Positions 38,565-52,380 are shown, numbered from the stretch's first letter. The stretch: 64,000 nucleotides of DNA from Camelus dromedarius (GCF_036321535.1 NC_087441.1:10788001-10852000), one strand, 5' to 3'. Translations and numbers: made by a program. Notes: a model not told the origin generated them from the sequence alone.

Positions 38565-39673
38565 TGTAACCTAAATTAAGAACAGTGGCATCAGTGAGAG
38601 TCACGATCTAAATTATATTCCATTATACCAGAACTTTCTTATTTAAAAAAAGAAAAAAAGAGTTCTTCACATGACAAGGAAACCAAGCAACTTCTCTGGG
38701 GGCCTGACACAACTCAGAGAAGCAGAGACAGGAGTGACTCACTGCATTGGCTCTGCTGCCGCAGGTCAGCAGCCAGACAGACAGCACTGCACGCTCCATG
38801 CCAGTGATTTCAAGCACATAATTTATTATAGGGTGTTAATTCAGAAACTGAACAGGCGTAAGAATCAGCTTAAGACAGAGACCTCTTAAAAGCTTAGTAT
38901 GGGGAGAGGTTTTAAACCAATGATTCTTGAAATGAAAAATGAGGGAAAAGTATCTTTACTCTGTCACTCCAAAATACACTGATTTTCCAGTGACCAGAGA
39001 GATATATTTTCATTATACATAATCTATCAGAAAAAGCTAATACTGCACCCCAATATAAGTGATTATTGATGAAAAACCACCCCATTTGTAATAACATGAC
39101 TCCAGGTACCACACTGTGTTAGAACTTTCGTGCATCCCACAGAGTACGAACACCTCAGAGGACAAGGACTGGAAGTTCTCAAAAACTAGGCACAGATTAA
39201 AAAGAGGGGGAAGGGGAAAATAAAAGCTCTCCTTTGGGACAGAAAAACATTTTAATTAAACTAATCTCTAGAGCTTTCCTGAAGTCATTAAGGGTCCTCA
39301 CTTTAGAGCATGATGAGAGAAAAAAGTTTGAAGCTGACTTGTTAGAATGTGGGTATCTGAAAAAAAAAAAAGGTTAGATTCTTTCAATTCCCTTTAAAAC
39401 CACAATTTGCTCAATGAGTCTATTAGCTAAGCCAAATTCAAGGTGAACCTTGATCAAGCCTTCCCCCCTCAGGCTTTCATTAAAACCAGGAGATCATTGT
39501 TTGAGGCAAGTTGAAGGTGATAGCTCCAGATATGTTTCCAAATATATTTAGTAGGTTTGTCATTTTAATTCTTTTCTGCCTAAGAACGTACAGCCACAAA
39601 ACAAGTCAAGTGGGCTGACATTCCTTTGGTGGCAGTTATAAAGCACAGTTTAAGACACAAACAACCCTGGGGG

Positions 39674-39840
39674 TGGGGGGTTGGTGTCGGAGCTCAGTGG
39701 TAGAGCGCATGCTTAGCATACGTGAGGTCCTGGGTTCAATCCCCAGTACCTCCATTTAAAATGAGTAAATAAATAAACCTGATCACCCCCTCCTCCAAAT
39801 CCAAACAACAACAACAAAAAGAATATAAAAAGAAAAAAAA
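39674..39840 (+). mobile_element. tRNA-derived SINE (vic-1-like)
   Basis: AGCTCAGTGGTAGAGCGCATGCTTAGCA...GGTTCAATCCCCAGTACCTCC, A-rich tail. Confidence 0.88.
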
Positions 39841-40716
39841 ATGACTCAAATAACAGGGACAAATAGTTAAACTTTACTAACCACCTAAATCCCAGTTGTA
39901 CAACTGGACGTGAACCACAGCTCACATAAGCCGGATTTACCTGCAGTCTGGTTGGTGCCCTGGGGGAGGTCAATGGTCACTCGACTTGACGGGGTCCTGG
40001 GGGCAAGGCAGCATGGTGAACAGGAGCGGGCAGTGAGTCCACGAAACGATCCTGAAAACCAGAACTATGAGAAAACTCGGTCAAAGTAAGTAAACGCAAA
40101 GCTTTAATGTAAATTATCTGTAGAAACATGGGTGTCCAGAATCCCAGACAAAATAAATGCCTGTGAGCTCCAGGATTCATCAGGGTGGTTTGGAAAATGG
40201 AAAAGAGGCCAGGACTGTTCACCCAACCTTGCAAAGGCCTCTAACTCCATCCACACGGTCTGCCTGCCGTCAAATGCATGCCTTTGTTTCAGGAGAGAGC
40301 AGGTGAAAGGGTGGCTGAGAGTCAGGGCTCATCTGTCACCACCACTAGGAACACAACTCTCAGACCCGCCGCCCTGACAAGATCACAGGAGCATCATCCT
40401 GACACAGCAAGAACAGGTCATTGTTCCCTGTTTGACAAAGCAGCAGAACAAAGCCCCAAATGTAGAGTCACAGGGAAACGGTCCTTGGCTCAAATACCTT
40501 GTGCTATATAGCTGACCCCATAGATGAGAAAACCCCATAGGTTTTCTCCAGCACCTGTTTGGGCCCCGCCGCACGAGTAGAGGCAGGAGGCCCACTTTTG
40601 AGGGGAAGGGGATGGGCTAGGGGGGAGGCTGCCACCTGGGCTCACTGCCGGACACAACACCTTTATTTTCTCTGCCGACACAGGGAGCAGAGGTGTGAGG
40701 GTTCAATAGTGACTTT

Positions 40717-41536
40717 TCCCCTCTTTAAAAATAAAAAATAAATACAATACACATAACATAAAATTTACCACCTGAGCCACTGTAAAGCGAAAAGGTAGTG
40801 GTGTGAAGCATGCTCACACTGTTACATAATCCATCTCTAGAAAGCTTGTCATCTTGCAAAACTAAATCTCTATTCTTATTAAATAATAACTCCCCCATTT
40901 CCCCAGCTCCTGGTAAAACCATTCTATTTTCTGTCTTGATGAATGTGACTACTCTAAGTACATCACATAAGCGGAATTGTACAGTATTTGTCATTTGTGA
41001 CTGGTTTTATTTCACTTAGCATAATGTCTTCAAGGCTCATCTGTCTTGTAGCAGGTGTCAGAATGCCCTTCCTTTTCATGACTGGATAGTATTCCACTGT
41101 ATGTATACACATTTTGTTTATCCATTAATCTGTAAATAGANNNNNNNNNNNNNNNNNNNNNNNNNNNNNNNNNNNNNNNNNNNNNNNNNNNNNNNNNNNN
41201 NNNNNNNNNNNNNNNNNNNNNNNNNNNNNNNNNNNNNNNNNNNNNNNNNNNNNNNNNNNNNNNNNNNNNNNNNNNNNNNNNNNNNATTTTTTGAGGAGCC
41301 ACCATCCTGTTTTCCATAGCAGCTGCACCATTTTACATTCCCATCAAAAGTACCCAAGGTTTCAATTTCTCTACATCTTCACCAGCATTTGTGATTTTCA
41401 GTTTGTTTTTTTTAAATAGCGGCCATCCTACACTGTGAGATGATATCTTATTGTGGGGTTTGATTTGCATTTCCCTGATGATTAATGATGTTGAGCATCT
41501 TTTTATGGCTTATTAGCCACTTGTATAGCTTCTTTG
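40717..41536 (-). mobile_element. L1M (L1MA/MB-like) 3' fragment spanning an N gap, 20-bp TSD
   Basis: Typical antisense L1M text (atttcacttagcataatg..., tttgcatttccctgatgattaatgatgttgagcatc). GAGGGTTC(A/G)ATAGTGACTTT at 40697-40716 and 41537-41556, followed by AA. Confidence 0.85.
41141..41285. other. Assembly gap (145 N)
   Basis: Run of N inside the L1M element. Confidence 0.99.
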
Positions 41537-42287
41537 GAGGGTTCGATAGTGACTTTAAGAGTTAATGAAGCCCTGCCACCACCTAAGCGCTTAAGTATCT
41601 CCAGTAAGGCCAAAAAACACAAGTTGATCTAGGATGATCCACACACATACATTTTCAATTGAGAAAAAAAAGTCAAAAAGATTTCCCACTTAGGCATCAG
41701 CAGAAGATCTAACAGCTCGACTGAGGCCAGCACCTAATTCACAAGGCCTACTAGTTACTGACCACACCTTTCCATGGCCAGTTCTCCCAAACGTCATAAA
41801 GACAGAATAGCCACTGGTTGAGCTGCCCCTAAAAAGTGGCTCCCTGACATCTCTGACATGTGAGCTGGACCACAAGAACCTCAGAGATTTTTGAAAGTTA
41901 GAAACCTGAGTTGTCAGTTTTTTCTTGGCTACGCTTTATAATGTAGGAACTAAAAATGGCCAGAGAGGCCCTGGGCTGCTGCCGCTGAGACATCACACAG
42001 TGAGCTGATGGGACAAGCCTTGCGTTTGTTTACCTTCATCAAGACCAAGGTCCGATGATGATCCGTAGGTGGGAGGCTCCTGGGTGGCTCCCTCAGCAGC
42101 TGCCCCTCTTTGTCAGGCCCTTCTGATGCAAGGGTCATGGGCCCAAGATGAGCACACACAGCACTGGCTCAAGCCCCCAGCCCAGCAGCACAAAGTTGCC
42201 CATGAGAGAGGGGCCCACTGTATTAGCCCCTCTCTTAAAGACACACGGAGGTGGGGATTCAAAGGTGCAAAATGGCTGCAGGTTAAA

Positions 42288-42388
42288 GGGGAGGCATATA
42301 AGTCAGTGGTAGAATGTATGCTCAGCACGCAAGAGGTCCTGGGTTCAATCCCCCCACCTCTATTTAAAAAAATAATAATTGAAAAAAA
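42288..42388 (+). mobile_element. tRNA-derived SINE (vic-1-like), diverged
   Basis: GTCAGTGGTAGAATG...GGTTCAATCCCC, A tail. Confidence 0.8.
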
Positions 42389-44224
42389 CTTTTTCTTTAA
42401 TGGCTCCAGGTTAGAAGCTCATGCCCCAGAAGCAGACTGTAACCTCAACTTGTCTTACTCCTTTAGACGTTAAATAGCTTAATTGTAAATTTCATGTTCT
42501 ATTTCAGAACACATAGCCCTGGACCCTGTCTTTCCCAGGCACTGTCCACGAAGGCCTGCAGGTCTGCGGCTCACAGCAGCATTTAACAAACACCTGTTGA
42601 ATTGAATGTAACCAACTTCACACGTTAGAAGGATGATCTGAGCACAAACTTAGAGTGAGAATCATCCTCAACGGGGTCTGGCTGAAAAACTGATGTATAA
42701 ACCCACGCAGAAACATCTCAGTAATTAACACAGCACTGCCTAGAGAAAAGCCAAAAGGTAGGATCAATGTGTGTCCTGCCATGTGGGTGATGCTGACAGC
42801 TGTTCAACATCTCTAGTCAATCCTGCAGAGGGAAAACAGCCTGAAACTGTAGCAGGGAGAATTTATCCAGTATTTATGAGGAATTTATTGACAGCATAGG
42901 GTAAATCTCTGAGGGAAGCTTTAGAATTGTCCCTGAGGAGTTTGGCAAATTGAATAGATACTTACCTATTATGCTTCAGCTGTGATTTTTGTCTGAAAGC
43001 AATAGAATAAATAGTACAGATTTTCTGCAATTCAAGTTTAAAACTTTAACTGATAGAAAGCAGGCTGAAAATATCAAAATGACAGATTTCCTGTGAACTT
43101 AAAAAAAAAGAGAGAGAGAGAAAAAGTGAAAAGCCCCCAGCAGGAAAAAAAAAAAAAAAAAAAAAAGGCACACTGGGTACCCTAACCTGCAGTAGTATGT
43201 ATCAGGTACACAGCTAACATGCAGTGAGGTCCACAGCTGACCAAGAGATAATTTATGTGAAGTCACTCTGGAATAAATGAAATGGTGCCAAGACTGTGTG
43301 TACTTTACAAATACGCTATGCTGGGTATACACTTTTTTTTACAATTATTTATTCATTGGATAATTATAATAAAATGTTGGAATTTTAAAACACTGATCAC
43401 TGTCTCAAACATAAAAACAATCTTTGTCTTTCATTTTCTACATTCCCTTCCAATCCCCCATCTTATGAATGTGCTACGTAGCTCTTTAAGCTAAAATCAC
43501 AAACAAGAATGGAAGGGGTTTTTTTTTCTTTTTTTAAATTGCATTCATGACCACCCCAGAAACGTCCAGCAGTGTGGAGGAATTTCACAAATACGTCATC
43601 ACAATCTCGGCAGCCGCTGTGACCTACTGAATCCCACAGCAAGGCAGCTTTTAGAAGAAAACATCAAGATTTACCTTTTCTTCCTTTGCCTTGGACTGGC
43701 GGGTCAGACTGCCAAAGCCTCCTCTTCCGTGAAGCCTAGAGTTTATAGCAAAGTAAAGTAAAATCCTCCCACTCTGCTTTGTCTCTGCCTGCGCCGGCTG
43801 CCCAGATGGAGTGACACTAGGGAACTGAGAGGCAACCCCAGTTGACCAGATGGTGCTGTGAGCAGGGTGGGGGCTGAATGGTGATGGTGAGCAGACCAGG
43901 GGCATGGGGACACTGCACAAAAGCCAGATTTATGGCTGGGCAAGGCAGGGAAGGGTGGCTCAAGTTCTATCAACCATGAGATAGCAACAAGGCTTCTCAC
44001 ATCATTTCAGAAAGATTTTTATACTGAAATAGGAGTCTCATTGTTGGAAGAGGCAAACATTTCAGATACTGATAAGAGCTGGGGGGAAAAAGGTTAAGAA
44101 AAGGCCTAACCATTCACCACTAACAATATCTACTTGGTTCCCTTTATTTAGGGGTGGGTGGCTGTGGGGCGCTTCAATCACTGTTGGAGACAAATCTCAG
44201 AATCCTGGTCTGGTTTGTGTCACA

Positions 44225-44400
44225 GAACTTGGGTTTGAGACCTGCTTCCATCTCTTAAATAGCATGTGAGTCTAAGGTCAAATTACTTATGCTTTCTGAA
44301 TCTCATTTTCTCTGTTTGCAACTTGAGAGATAAAAATATCTGTCCTACCTACTTCATAGATTGAGTATCGAGTGTGGAAAGATATGTGAAACCAAATAAA
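44225..44400 (+). mobile_element. MIR
   Basis: gggtttgagacctgcttcc...tgtgagtctaaggtcaaattacttatg...ctcattttctc...cctacctacttcatag. Confidence 0.65.
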
Positions 44401-44794
44401 AAACTGAAATGCAGCACACATATACAGTACTATTATTAATTCTTAGCTATCAATTTAATTTGGTGTTCTATGAGTATCAGATCTTATTATAATAGTCTGC
44501 TGTCCCATATACTTTATTAACTATTAATTAAGTACATTATTACATATGTTTTATATATATATATATACACACACACACATACATTTGGAATTTTTCCAGT
44601 TCTACTGCCAGCACTTGTCTGATTTTGATCAATTCCACAAATAATTACAACACATAAAACTCTAATTTGTCAGACATGTCAAATATCAACAAAAACAATG
44701 ACACAAGCCTTGTGTTTGTATTATTAGATAATCATGTTAGAAAATGTAAGAAAACAACCTAAGTGCTCACTGACCAACTGGCATGACCTTAACA

Positions 44795-44995
44795 CGGTTA
44801 TTCTCAAACAAGGCGATCTTGGCCCCCCGGGGATATTTGGCAGTATCTAGAAGCAGTTTCAAGTTGTCACAACTGGGCTACTGGTGCCTAGTGGACAGAG
44901 CTCAGAAATGCTGCTAAACGTCTTATAAGCACACAGGACAGTCCCTACAACAAATGAGTATTTGACCCATATGTCATTAGTGCCAAGACGGCCTT
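44795..44995 (+). mobile_element. MER20 (hAT-Charlie) DNA transposon fossil
   Basis: ttctcaaac...ggggatatttggcagtatctaga...gttgtcacaactggg...gatgctgctaaac-like motif...gtgccaag; orientation approximate. Confidence 0.72.
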
Positions 44996-47220
44996 AAAGT
45001 CTTACTGCTTACCTCATTAAAAACACTCAAATACAAGAACAAATATGCCTAAAAATCTATAACAAAATCATTCAAGCTCTGGCAAGGATCCCAACTTACT
45101 AACAAACTCTATAAATACTGCCCCAACTTGCTTGTCTCGTCTCGTGTCGATGAACGGCACTCCGAAGGCATGAAAGCCACAACTTGAAGGAGCTCGTTGC
45201 TCATCATAAGAAAGCCTGGACGCAATCTGTATAAAGCGGCAGGCGAAAGGAACATCTGGTCTCCATAGGAATAGTGCTCAGGGAGAGTAATCCTTACAAA
45301 TGAAGTGGGCAGAAAGCAGGCTGCCGCTAAGGGCCTCAAAAGCCAAGCATCCATTGTGGGGCCCCATTGGGTCTATTTCAATTCAGCAGGACTCCTTCCA
45401 AATGCATATTAACAGATGAATGGACAAACCAATCTGCAGCAAGGAACAGGCCCTCTCCCTTGGCAGGCACGGCTGGTATTCACCAGGGGAAAAGCAATAA
45501 ATTCCACGGAGACAATAGCCCAGCTTTCTGCACAGTTCATCACCTTCCTAAGCCAATTTCTCGCAAGTCGGGTCTCGGCACTCACACCTGTTTTTATAAA
45601 CATTTTAACATCTGCAGCACTGCTTACAGAAGTGTGTGTCCAACTATGGGTTCATGGCCCATTGTTAGGTCATGAAATTCATTTAATGACTTGATACCAG
45701 TATTTTTAAATGAATAGAATGGAAGAGAAGAGGAAAAGAAAGAAAAGCAGCAGAGAATATAATAAAATGGAAAATAGAGGACTGCATCCCAGTTAGGGTA
45801 AAAATTGTTTTATGACACTACATTTTTGTCTGTGTGCTCGTATGTTTGCCTGTAAACTGGGTTGAGAGGTAAAATTCTGTCTTCTCGAGTAACGGTTCAA
45901 GAAAAGAGCTTGAAAACAATGGCCAATTGACCCACACATGGCAGTTTCGTCAGAACGGTACATCCATTTTAACAAGACCAAGGGACAACCGAAGTCTAGA
46001 GAATCTCGAAACATTCAAAAAATCACTGCCCCAGGCAAGCACTTTCTCTGGAGATAAGAAGAGTGAGAGCAAAGGACTCCCCATCACCACCAAGCAGATC
46101 TGGGCCCCACACGTCAGGCCCGGGGTCCTCACCCTTCTGCAGTCTACCATAGAAGAGGAACTTTCACTGGACATTCAAATTCTTCCTATGAAAATTAAAA
46201 ATGACCCCATAAAGGTAGCCACAGAACTGAGCCTTGAGGATGCGTGGGAGCCTGCTAGAGAAAGAGAGGACAGGCCAAGGCACAGGAAATGGTGCGTCTG
46301 CAGACCCGGGTGCTCCAAAACCACTTGCTGAATCTGTAAGTGGTTGAATCAACAAGCGAATGAAACGGAAGGGGGAAGCCCCCAGCTTGTTCAGGAAAGG
46401 GGACAAGGGAGCAGGGGCTGAGCACAAGTGTCGAGGACAACACTGAGAGGGACGAGGAGGAAGAGGGAAGCGGGGGAGGCGGGATGCAGGAGACTGACAG
46501 TCACAGCCATCACCCTCACACCCTCCCCCACCGTCCCCAGGAGCAACACAGTGCAAACCATCTCCTAGGGACACCGGGACACTATCTGGGAAGGTGTCCA
46601 CAGTAAGCAACAGCTCAAAGATTAGAGTGGAAAGCATCACCAGGCCAGAGAAGAAAATGTTCTTAGTGTTGGCAGAAACTTGGGGAACTGAAGTGAAATA
46701 AGAGTCCCACTCACCAACTCAATATGAATCTTTGCAGACCCTCTCATATGCCCACCTGTGTGCTGGGCACCAGGAAAGAAACAACAGCGATGCATGATCT
46801 GATCCCTTCCCCCAAGGGGCTTATCAGCTGGCGGTGGAAGGGGGAGCACTTATTATCATGAAACATTAGTGGAACCAATAGGTGAGTTCACAACAACTTT
46901 AACAGCAGTGAGTTTATGGGCAAGGTGGCGGGACCAACCCTCCCACAAATATTACTGGTATGTTTCTGGAACGTCAGTGAGCTGAGCAGCCCAGCTACAG
47001 CTGAGCCATCACAGAAACTGCAAATATTCAAGGATATTTTTTTAAATCATCTTTTCAATAAAAATTATAGAATTAACATAGTCTAAAATAAAAGGATCTG
47101 TGTAAAGATAAAACTTCTGTCTTCTTTTTCTTTCAGAAATTGTCAAAATGTATCTCATACACTTTCATCCAGTAGCACAGATTTTTTTTTTAACATCAGA
47201 TGTTGAATTCCACTCTGTGA

Positions 47221-47350
47221 TTTTTTTTGGCGGGGGGGGGGGTGTGCAATTAAATTTATTTACTTATTCATTTAATGGAGGTACTGGGGATTGAACCCAG
47301 GACCTTGCGCATGCTAAGCACATACTTTACCACTGAGCTATAGCCTCCTC
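47221..47350 (-). mobile_element. tRNA-derived SINE (vic-1-like)
   Basis: GGGGATTGAACCCAGGACC...TACCACTGAGCTATA on + strand; T-rich tail on the left. Confidence 0.88.
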
Positions 47351-49079
47351 CTCCCCTACTCTGCATTTTCTCCCAAGTATACTTCAAGTCTCATCCACAA
47401 TTTGGCCAACATCTTGGTCTCTGTTCACCTTGGACAGCTTTGGTGACTGCCAGAACCAAAGATTCACAAGATTCAAAATGGTTAGCACAACTTTTGAACA
47501 ACCCTTTCTTGTAACTTTGAAGGACATGAGATTCAAAACTGTCCATGTGACTCTAAATAAACTCGCTTTTTTAACTTTTAGGAACATGAGCCATTCCATA
47601 ACAAGCGAATTCAGACACGGGCATGTACCTCCCAAGTTTCACACCAAAACTGAAACAGAAGATCACGCACTGGAATCCCAGGATATAACCACACGGCTTC
47701 TCCCTGACTTGGAGCCCTGTCTGTAAGGCATGTGCTCCAGTAAATCAGAAGCAAGCATCACACCCCTCAACCTCAGTCATACTCTGTGACCAAAATATAC
47801 CATGGTCATTGTACCCGGTTATTCTTGGCAAGGTATCTCCTCATTATACACTGTTCCATTTAAGTTGAAAAATGAACAGCTTTAAACCACACATTTTTTC
47901 CCCTCATTTAAATAGGACTTTCCTCGCCCTCATAAACGTCTAACTATTCTACTCCAGCTCGGCTGGCAGCCCGATTTCAGCATTCATTTCTGTAAGTCTG
48001 TGTCTTAAAGCCACAATGTAAGTTGTTCTTGGACCTGCAGCTAAAATTAAACCAATCACTGCTGGACTTTTCCATAAATCATTTATTATTCATAACAAAC
48101 CTGATAAGATTTTAGCTAGTAACTTCACAGAAACTTGAAGGAAAAAAATGAATAGTGTTAGTACGTATAGTTTAAATTTCATAATTTATAGGAATTTAAA
48201 ACTTTCGAAACCTCAAGTGGGAGCAGCAGACGGAGGGGGAAGCGTTTAACACATCCTGAGCTGCTGTGTGCCAGGGTTACCCGGCACAAGAGCCCTGACA
48301 GCTTCCATAATCATCCCTGTTTTACAGGAAAGGGAATATTAGCCTCCAGGGATTAAATAATTTGACCAAGATCACTAAGGGGCAAAGGTCAGCATCCAAC
48401 CTGGATTTAATTTTTTTTAACATATGCATCACATCAATATAATTTTAATGTTTTTCTGTACTTTCTGAATCTGAAAATATTCCGTATCTTTCAAAAAAAA
48501 AAAGTATAATTTAGCTTTCAGACTCCTCGTTTAGAAGGATGGCTGTGATCCATGCCCCTTTCATAAATCCCTTTCCGTAGAGGCAGCCCTTTCTCCAGGG
48601 AGCAAAGACATCCACAGCTGGGGATGGGACACGAGAACGAAATGAAAACCCAAAATTGTGAGTTACCTAAGGAACTTCAACATTAAAATGCAGCTCTTCT
48701 GTTCTACTGCCTTACAAAGAACATTGCACAAATGAGAATTTTGTTCTCTTGAAAGTTGAAGCTGCATGCTCATTATTCTAAGTATCAATTATAACTCAGA
48801 ACATAGCCTCCTGAAGGCTGTGGGGCTGGGACGCGGTGATGGCCAAGACCAAGTGTGTGTATCGGCAGCGGGGACTGAAAAACCACAGAATAACCAAGGG
48901 GAATCGTCCTCAAGTTTCAGTTTCATCTAAGGCTAAGCAATTCAAACACTGCTTCCATAATAAAGAAACACATACCACAGGATAAAATATAGGAGTTCAA
49001 GAATATTTAGCATTTACATTAGGTCACTTTGGCCACAACATCAGATAGCCTGAGCAGGACACATTTCCACAGAATAATG

Positions 49080-50370
49080 CAATAAATGTTCACTGAGCAA
49101 CCAGTCTGCACGGGAACTATTCTAGGCCCCAGAATATACCAATAAATAGACCTCCCCTGACCCAAAAACTCCCAGTCATGGAGCTTATATTAGAGTGGGG
49201 AGACTGCACAGTAAACAAAGAAAGGAAATAAATTATGTATTAGAAGATAAGTACTTTTGCAAAAAATATAAATAAAGGGCAAGGGGGGAAAGGCAATGAG
49301 GGGGGAGGGAGGGGGCTTTAAGTTTAGAAAGAGGATAAAGAAGGCCTCATTGACAGGTCACATTTAAGCAAGGACTTGCAAGAGGGGAGACCATGTGGAT
49401 TCCCGGGAAAGAACATTCGAAACAGAAGGTGGGAAGTGCAGACACCCTAAGAGGTGGACAGGCAGGAGGCCGGGGCAGCTGAGGGGGTCAGAGAGGGGAC
49501 AAGGAGCCAGAGGGTGCAGCCCAAAGGGACTTCAAGGACACTGGCTGTGACACTGAGATTAAAAGCCATGATCAGAGGGGGGTGAACAGAGAGGGCTCGT
49601 CACTGCAGGCATATTTCAAAAGCACCCCCGTGGCTGCCCTGTGAGCAGCAAGGTGGGGGCCAGGGCCTGCTGGGCTGGGAGGGTGTTTCAGGTGAGAGGC
49701 GCTGTGGGCTGGACTCAGGTGGGATGGGTAGGGAGTGGTCTGAGTCAGGAACAAGGGAAGGGAGAGCCAACAGGAGTCCCAGGTGGATAGGAGCGAGTGG
49801 TGACAGGCCAAGGATGACCCCACAATCTTCATACACTGTGGTGGGGAGGAGAGAGCTCAGTGTTAGAGCGTGTGCTTAGCATGTTCACTCCCCAGTACCT
49901 CCACTGACAAAAAAATAAAATAAATAAAAATAAATAAAATTTAAAACAAAAACATACACTGGATGAGTTCCCCGAGGGAATAAGTAAACAAAGGGACGAC
50001 CAGAGGCCCAAGCAGCCCCGGGGCACTGCAATGCGAAGAGGTCAGAAAATCAGGGGAAACAGAAGGGGTGGTCAGTCAATCAAGTGAACAGGAAACCAAA
50101 GGATATGCTGCCCTGAAGTCCACGAGGAAGGGGCTTTTCAGGGAGGAGACCAGGAGCAAGTACCAAATGCTTCTGATGGTTCAAATACCAACGGCTGAGA
50201 ACAGAGCTGGGGAGGCTGTCAGTGAACTCGACCAGAGCAGAGTCCAGATGGAGAAGGCTGGAAATTGGAGTGCGTTTGAGGATGAGGTCAATGAAACTGA
50301 AGATGGCAAAGAGAGATAGCTCGTCAAGGAGTTTCACTATAAAGAACAGAAAATCAGATGGTAGCTAGGA
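49080..50370 (-). mobile_element. L2 fragments (interrupted by the SINE at 49839)
   Basis: tattctaggcc...atggagcttatattagagtgggg...; tgagattaaaagccatgatcagaggg...; typical antisense L2 text. Confidence 0.65.
49839..49952 (+). mobile_element. tRNA-derived SINE (vic-1-like) with internal deletion and 9-bp TSD
   Basis: AGCTCAGTGTTAGAG...GCATG[~14 nt missing]TTCACTCCCCAGTACC; CATACACTG at 49830-49838 and 49953-49961. Confidence 0.82.
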
Positions 50371-52380
50371 ATCCCCAAAAAAATAAGGACTGGGGGATGT
50401 GTATGTACGTGTGTGTCTGTCTGTGTGTCTGTCTTTGGGAGAAATCCCAGCTTGTGAAGGGAAATGACTGGAGAGAATTTGCTGCCGCAGGAGAGAGGGG
50501 AACTCTAGTGCTGTCCTTCAGTAGCCAAAGGGGAAGGAGGCTTCCTCCCATGCCTGCTCACGCACCAGAGAGGGCACCGGCCCTTGAGCATGGACCTTCA
50601 ACTATTAAAGAAACTCCAGAAAAACATCTAAGAAGAACTAATACTATACACGTATGGAAAGGCATGAGGACAAAAGGGCACCAACTCTAGCAAGGCACTC
50701 CTTAGCATGTTACTTATCACTGTGTCTGCCTACAATTCCCTTTTCTCTCCCCTGTAAGTCACATGTGGGGGGAAAATGGTTAAACGAAGGCTTTTGCTAG
50801 GTTCCAGTTACTTCTGGGTTATTGTTGTGTGTTTAACTTTTGATTTATTTGTGATCATCCTATCAATTACCAATGCAGTCTAGATGCAGATACATACATG
50901 TGAATGTGTGTGTGTGTGTGTGTCCCCTGAATGTACGCACACCTTTCAAAAAGCTGTTTACTCTCTACTACCTCTTGACATCACGGGTTTTCCTGGCTTA
51001 TGGCTGTCTGTGCACAATGTTTCCTTCCACTTGTCACTCCACCTTCCAGGAGAGGCTACAGATGACTTGAAAGCAAGTGTATTTTCATTCTCTCCACTGA
51101 AGAGTTTCTTTTCATTGGCTTTAATAGTATAGTTTTTGTCTTTCCCAGACCATACACTCTGCCTCTCTTTAGCCGTCCTTCACAACCCCATCCCAGAAGC
51201 CCTACTCCAACAATTCTCCAACGAGAGATGGGTCACGGTCAAGTACAAAAACAGGACGGGGATCGTTTTCCCTTTCCAGTTTTGTCCTGAGATACTCAGG
51301 ATTTGTAAACCTTTATTTACGTTTCAGGAACGCCCTGGATCAACTTCCTCCTGACACTGTCTGCAGCACTTACCACATGGCTTTCCTAGAACGAAATGAT
51401 GACTTCATCTATCACTTTATATGTAAAGTTTGTTTTCCCAAAAGGGCCTCACATTACCTTGGCACCAAAGCTAAAGTTCATCTGCTGTCTCTGTTCCCTC
51501 GCAGGGAACTCTGCTGTCAGGCACAGAACTAATGAAAATGGCAGTCTTCTATCAGAATGGGATCACGGAAAAAGAACTCAATCTAAGGCTGAAGCAGGAA
51601 GAGGCTGGCAGATGAAGTCTAGTCAAAGCTGTCTTATCACGCAGGTTAACACACGGGCACCTAAAATTCCCTCTAGCGTCAATGACCGCCAACTGCGCGT
51701 ATGGCTTTGAGCCTCACTAGCAGTCTGACTATAGCTTTAAACTAGTTTGGTTTGGCAAGTCGGTAAGTAGGTCTGTAAATCGATGAAAAAAAGGAAGAAA
51801 GGGAGGGAGGAAAATGGATGTGTTATGTATACACACATTTATACATACACACATATACATGTCTCTACCTATCAATTTATAAAGCTACATCAGGATGTGC
51901 TATAGTATCCCAAATTAAAGAAAAAGACAGCGTAAAGAAAGACTAACAAGATACCTGGATCACGTCCCAGCTCAGAAACTTACCCTCTCAGTCACTTTGG
52001 ACAAGCCATTTCAGTTCGGTGGGTCTTCAGTTTTCCCATTTGAAAAATCACCTTAGGTCCCTTTTCAGCTCTACAATACTGTGGACTATAAATAGCTGAC
52101 AATAGAGTGCGTGATGTATTCCTGGGACACTGACATTAATGCCTCCTACCATTTGTGAGCCCATCTGAAACAGGACTGAGTAATCAAAGACACTCCACCC
52201 AACATTACTAAAATTCAAACTCTTATAAACACAGTGTTTAGTACCTCTGTGTGTCAACACTCAGAAATTCAGACTTGTCTACTACTATTATTATTTCTTT
52301 TCCCTATCTCTAAAATCATTGCTTTTCTTTCAATTTCATACCTTTATCTTTTTTTTAGTCTTTCCAGATAAGCCATTTTT

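Noticed and set aside
45005-45050. Possible 5' UTR micro-exon on the gene strand (tttag|...gag|gtaagc)
   Set aside because: Strong donor-like motifs are frequent by chance in 25 kb of intron, and nothing else supports it.
45927-47726. ORFs of 83-158 aa
   Set aside because: No homology recognisable to me, no consistent exon boundaries; intronic background.
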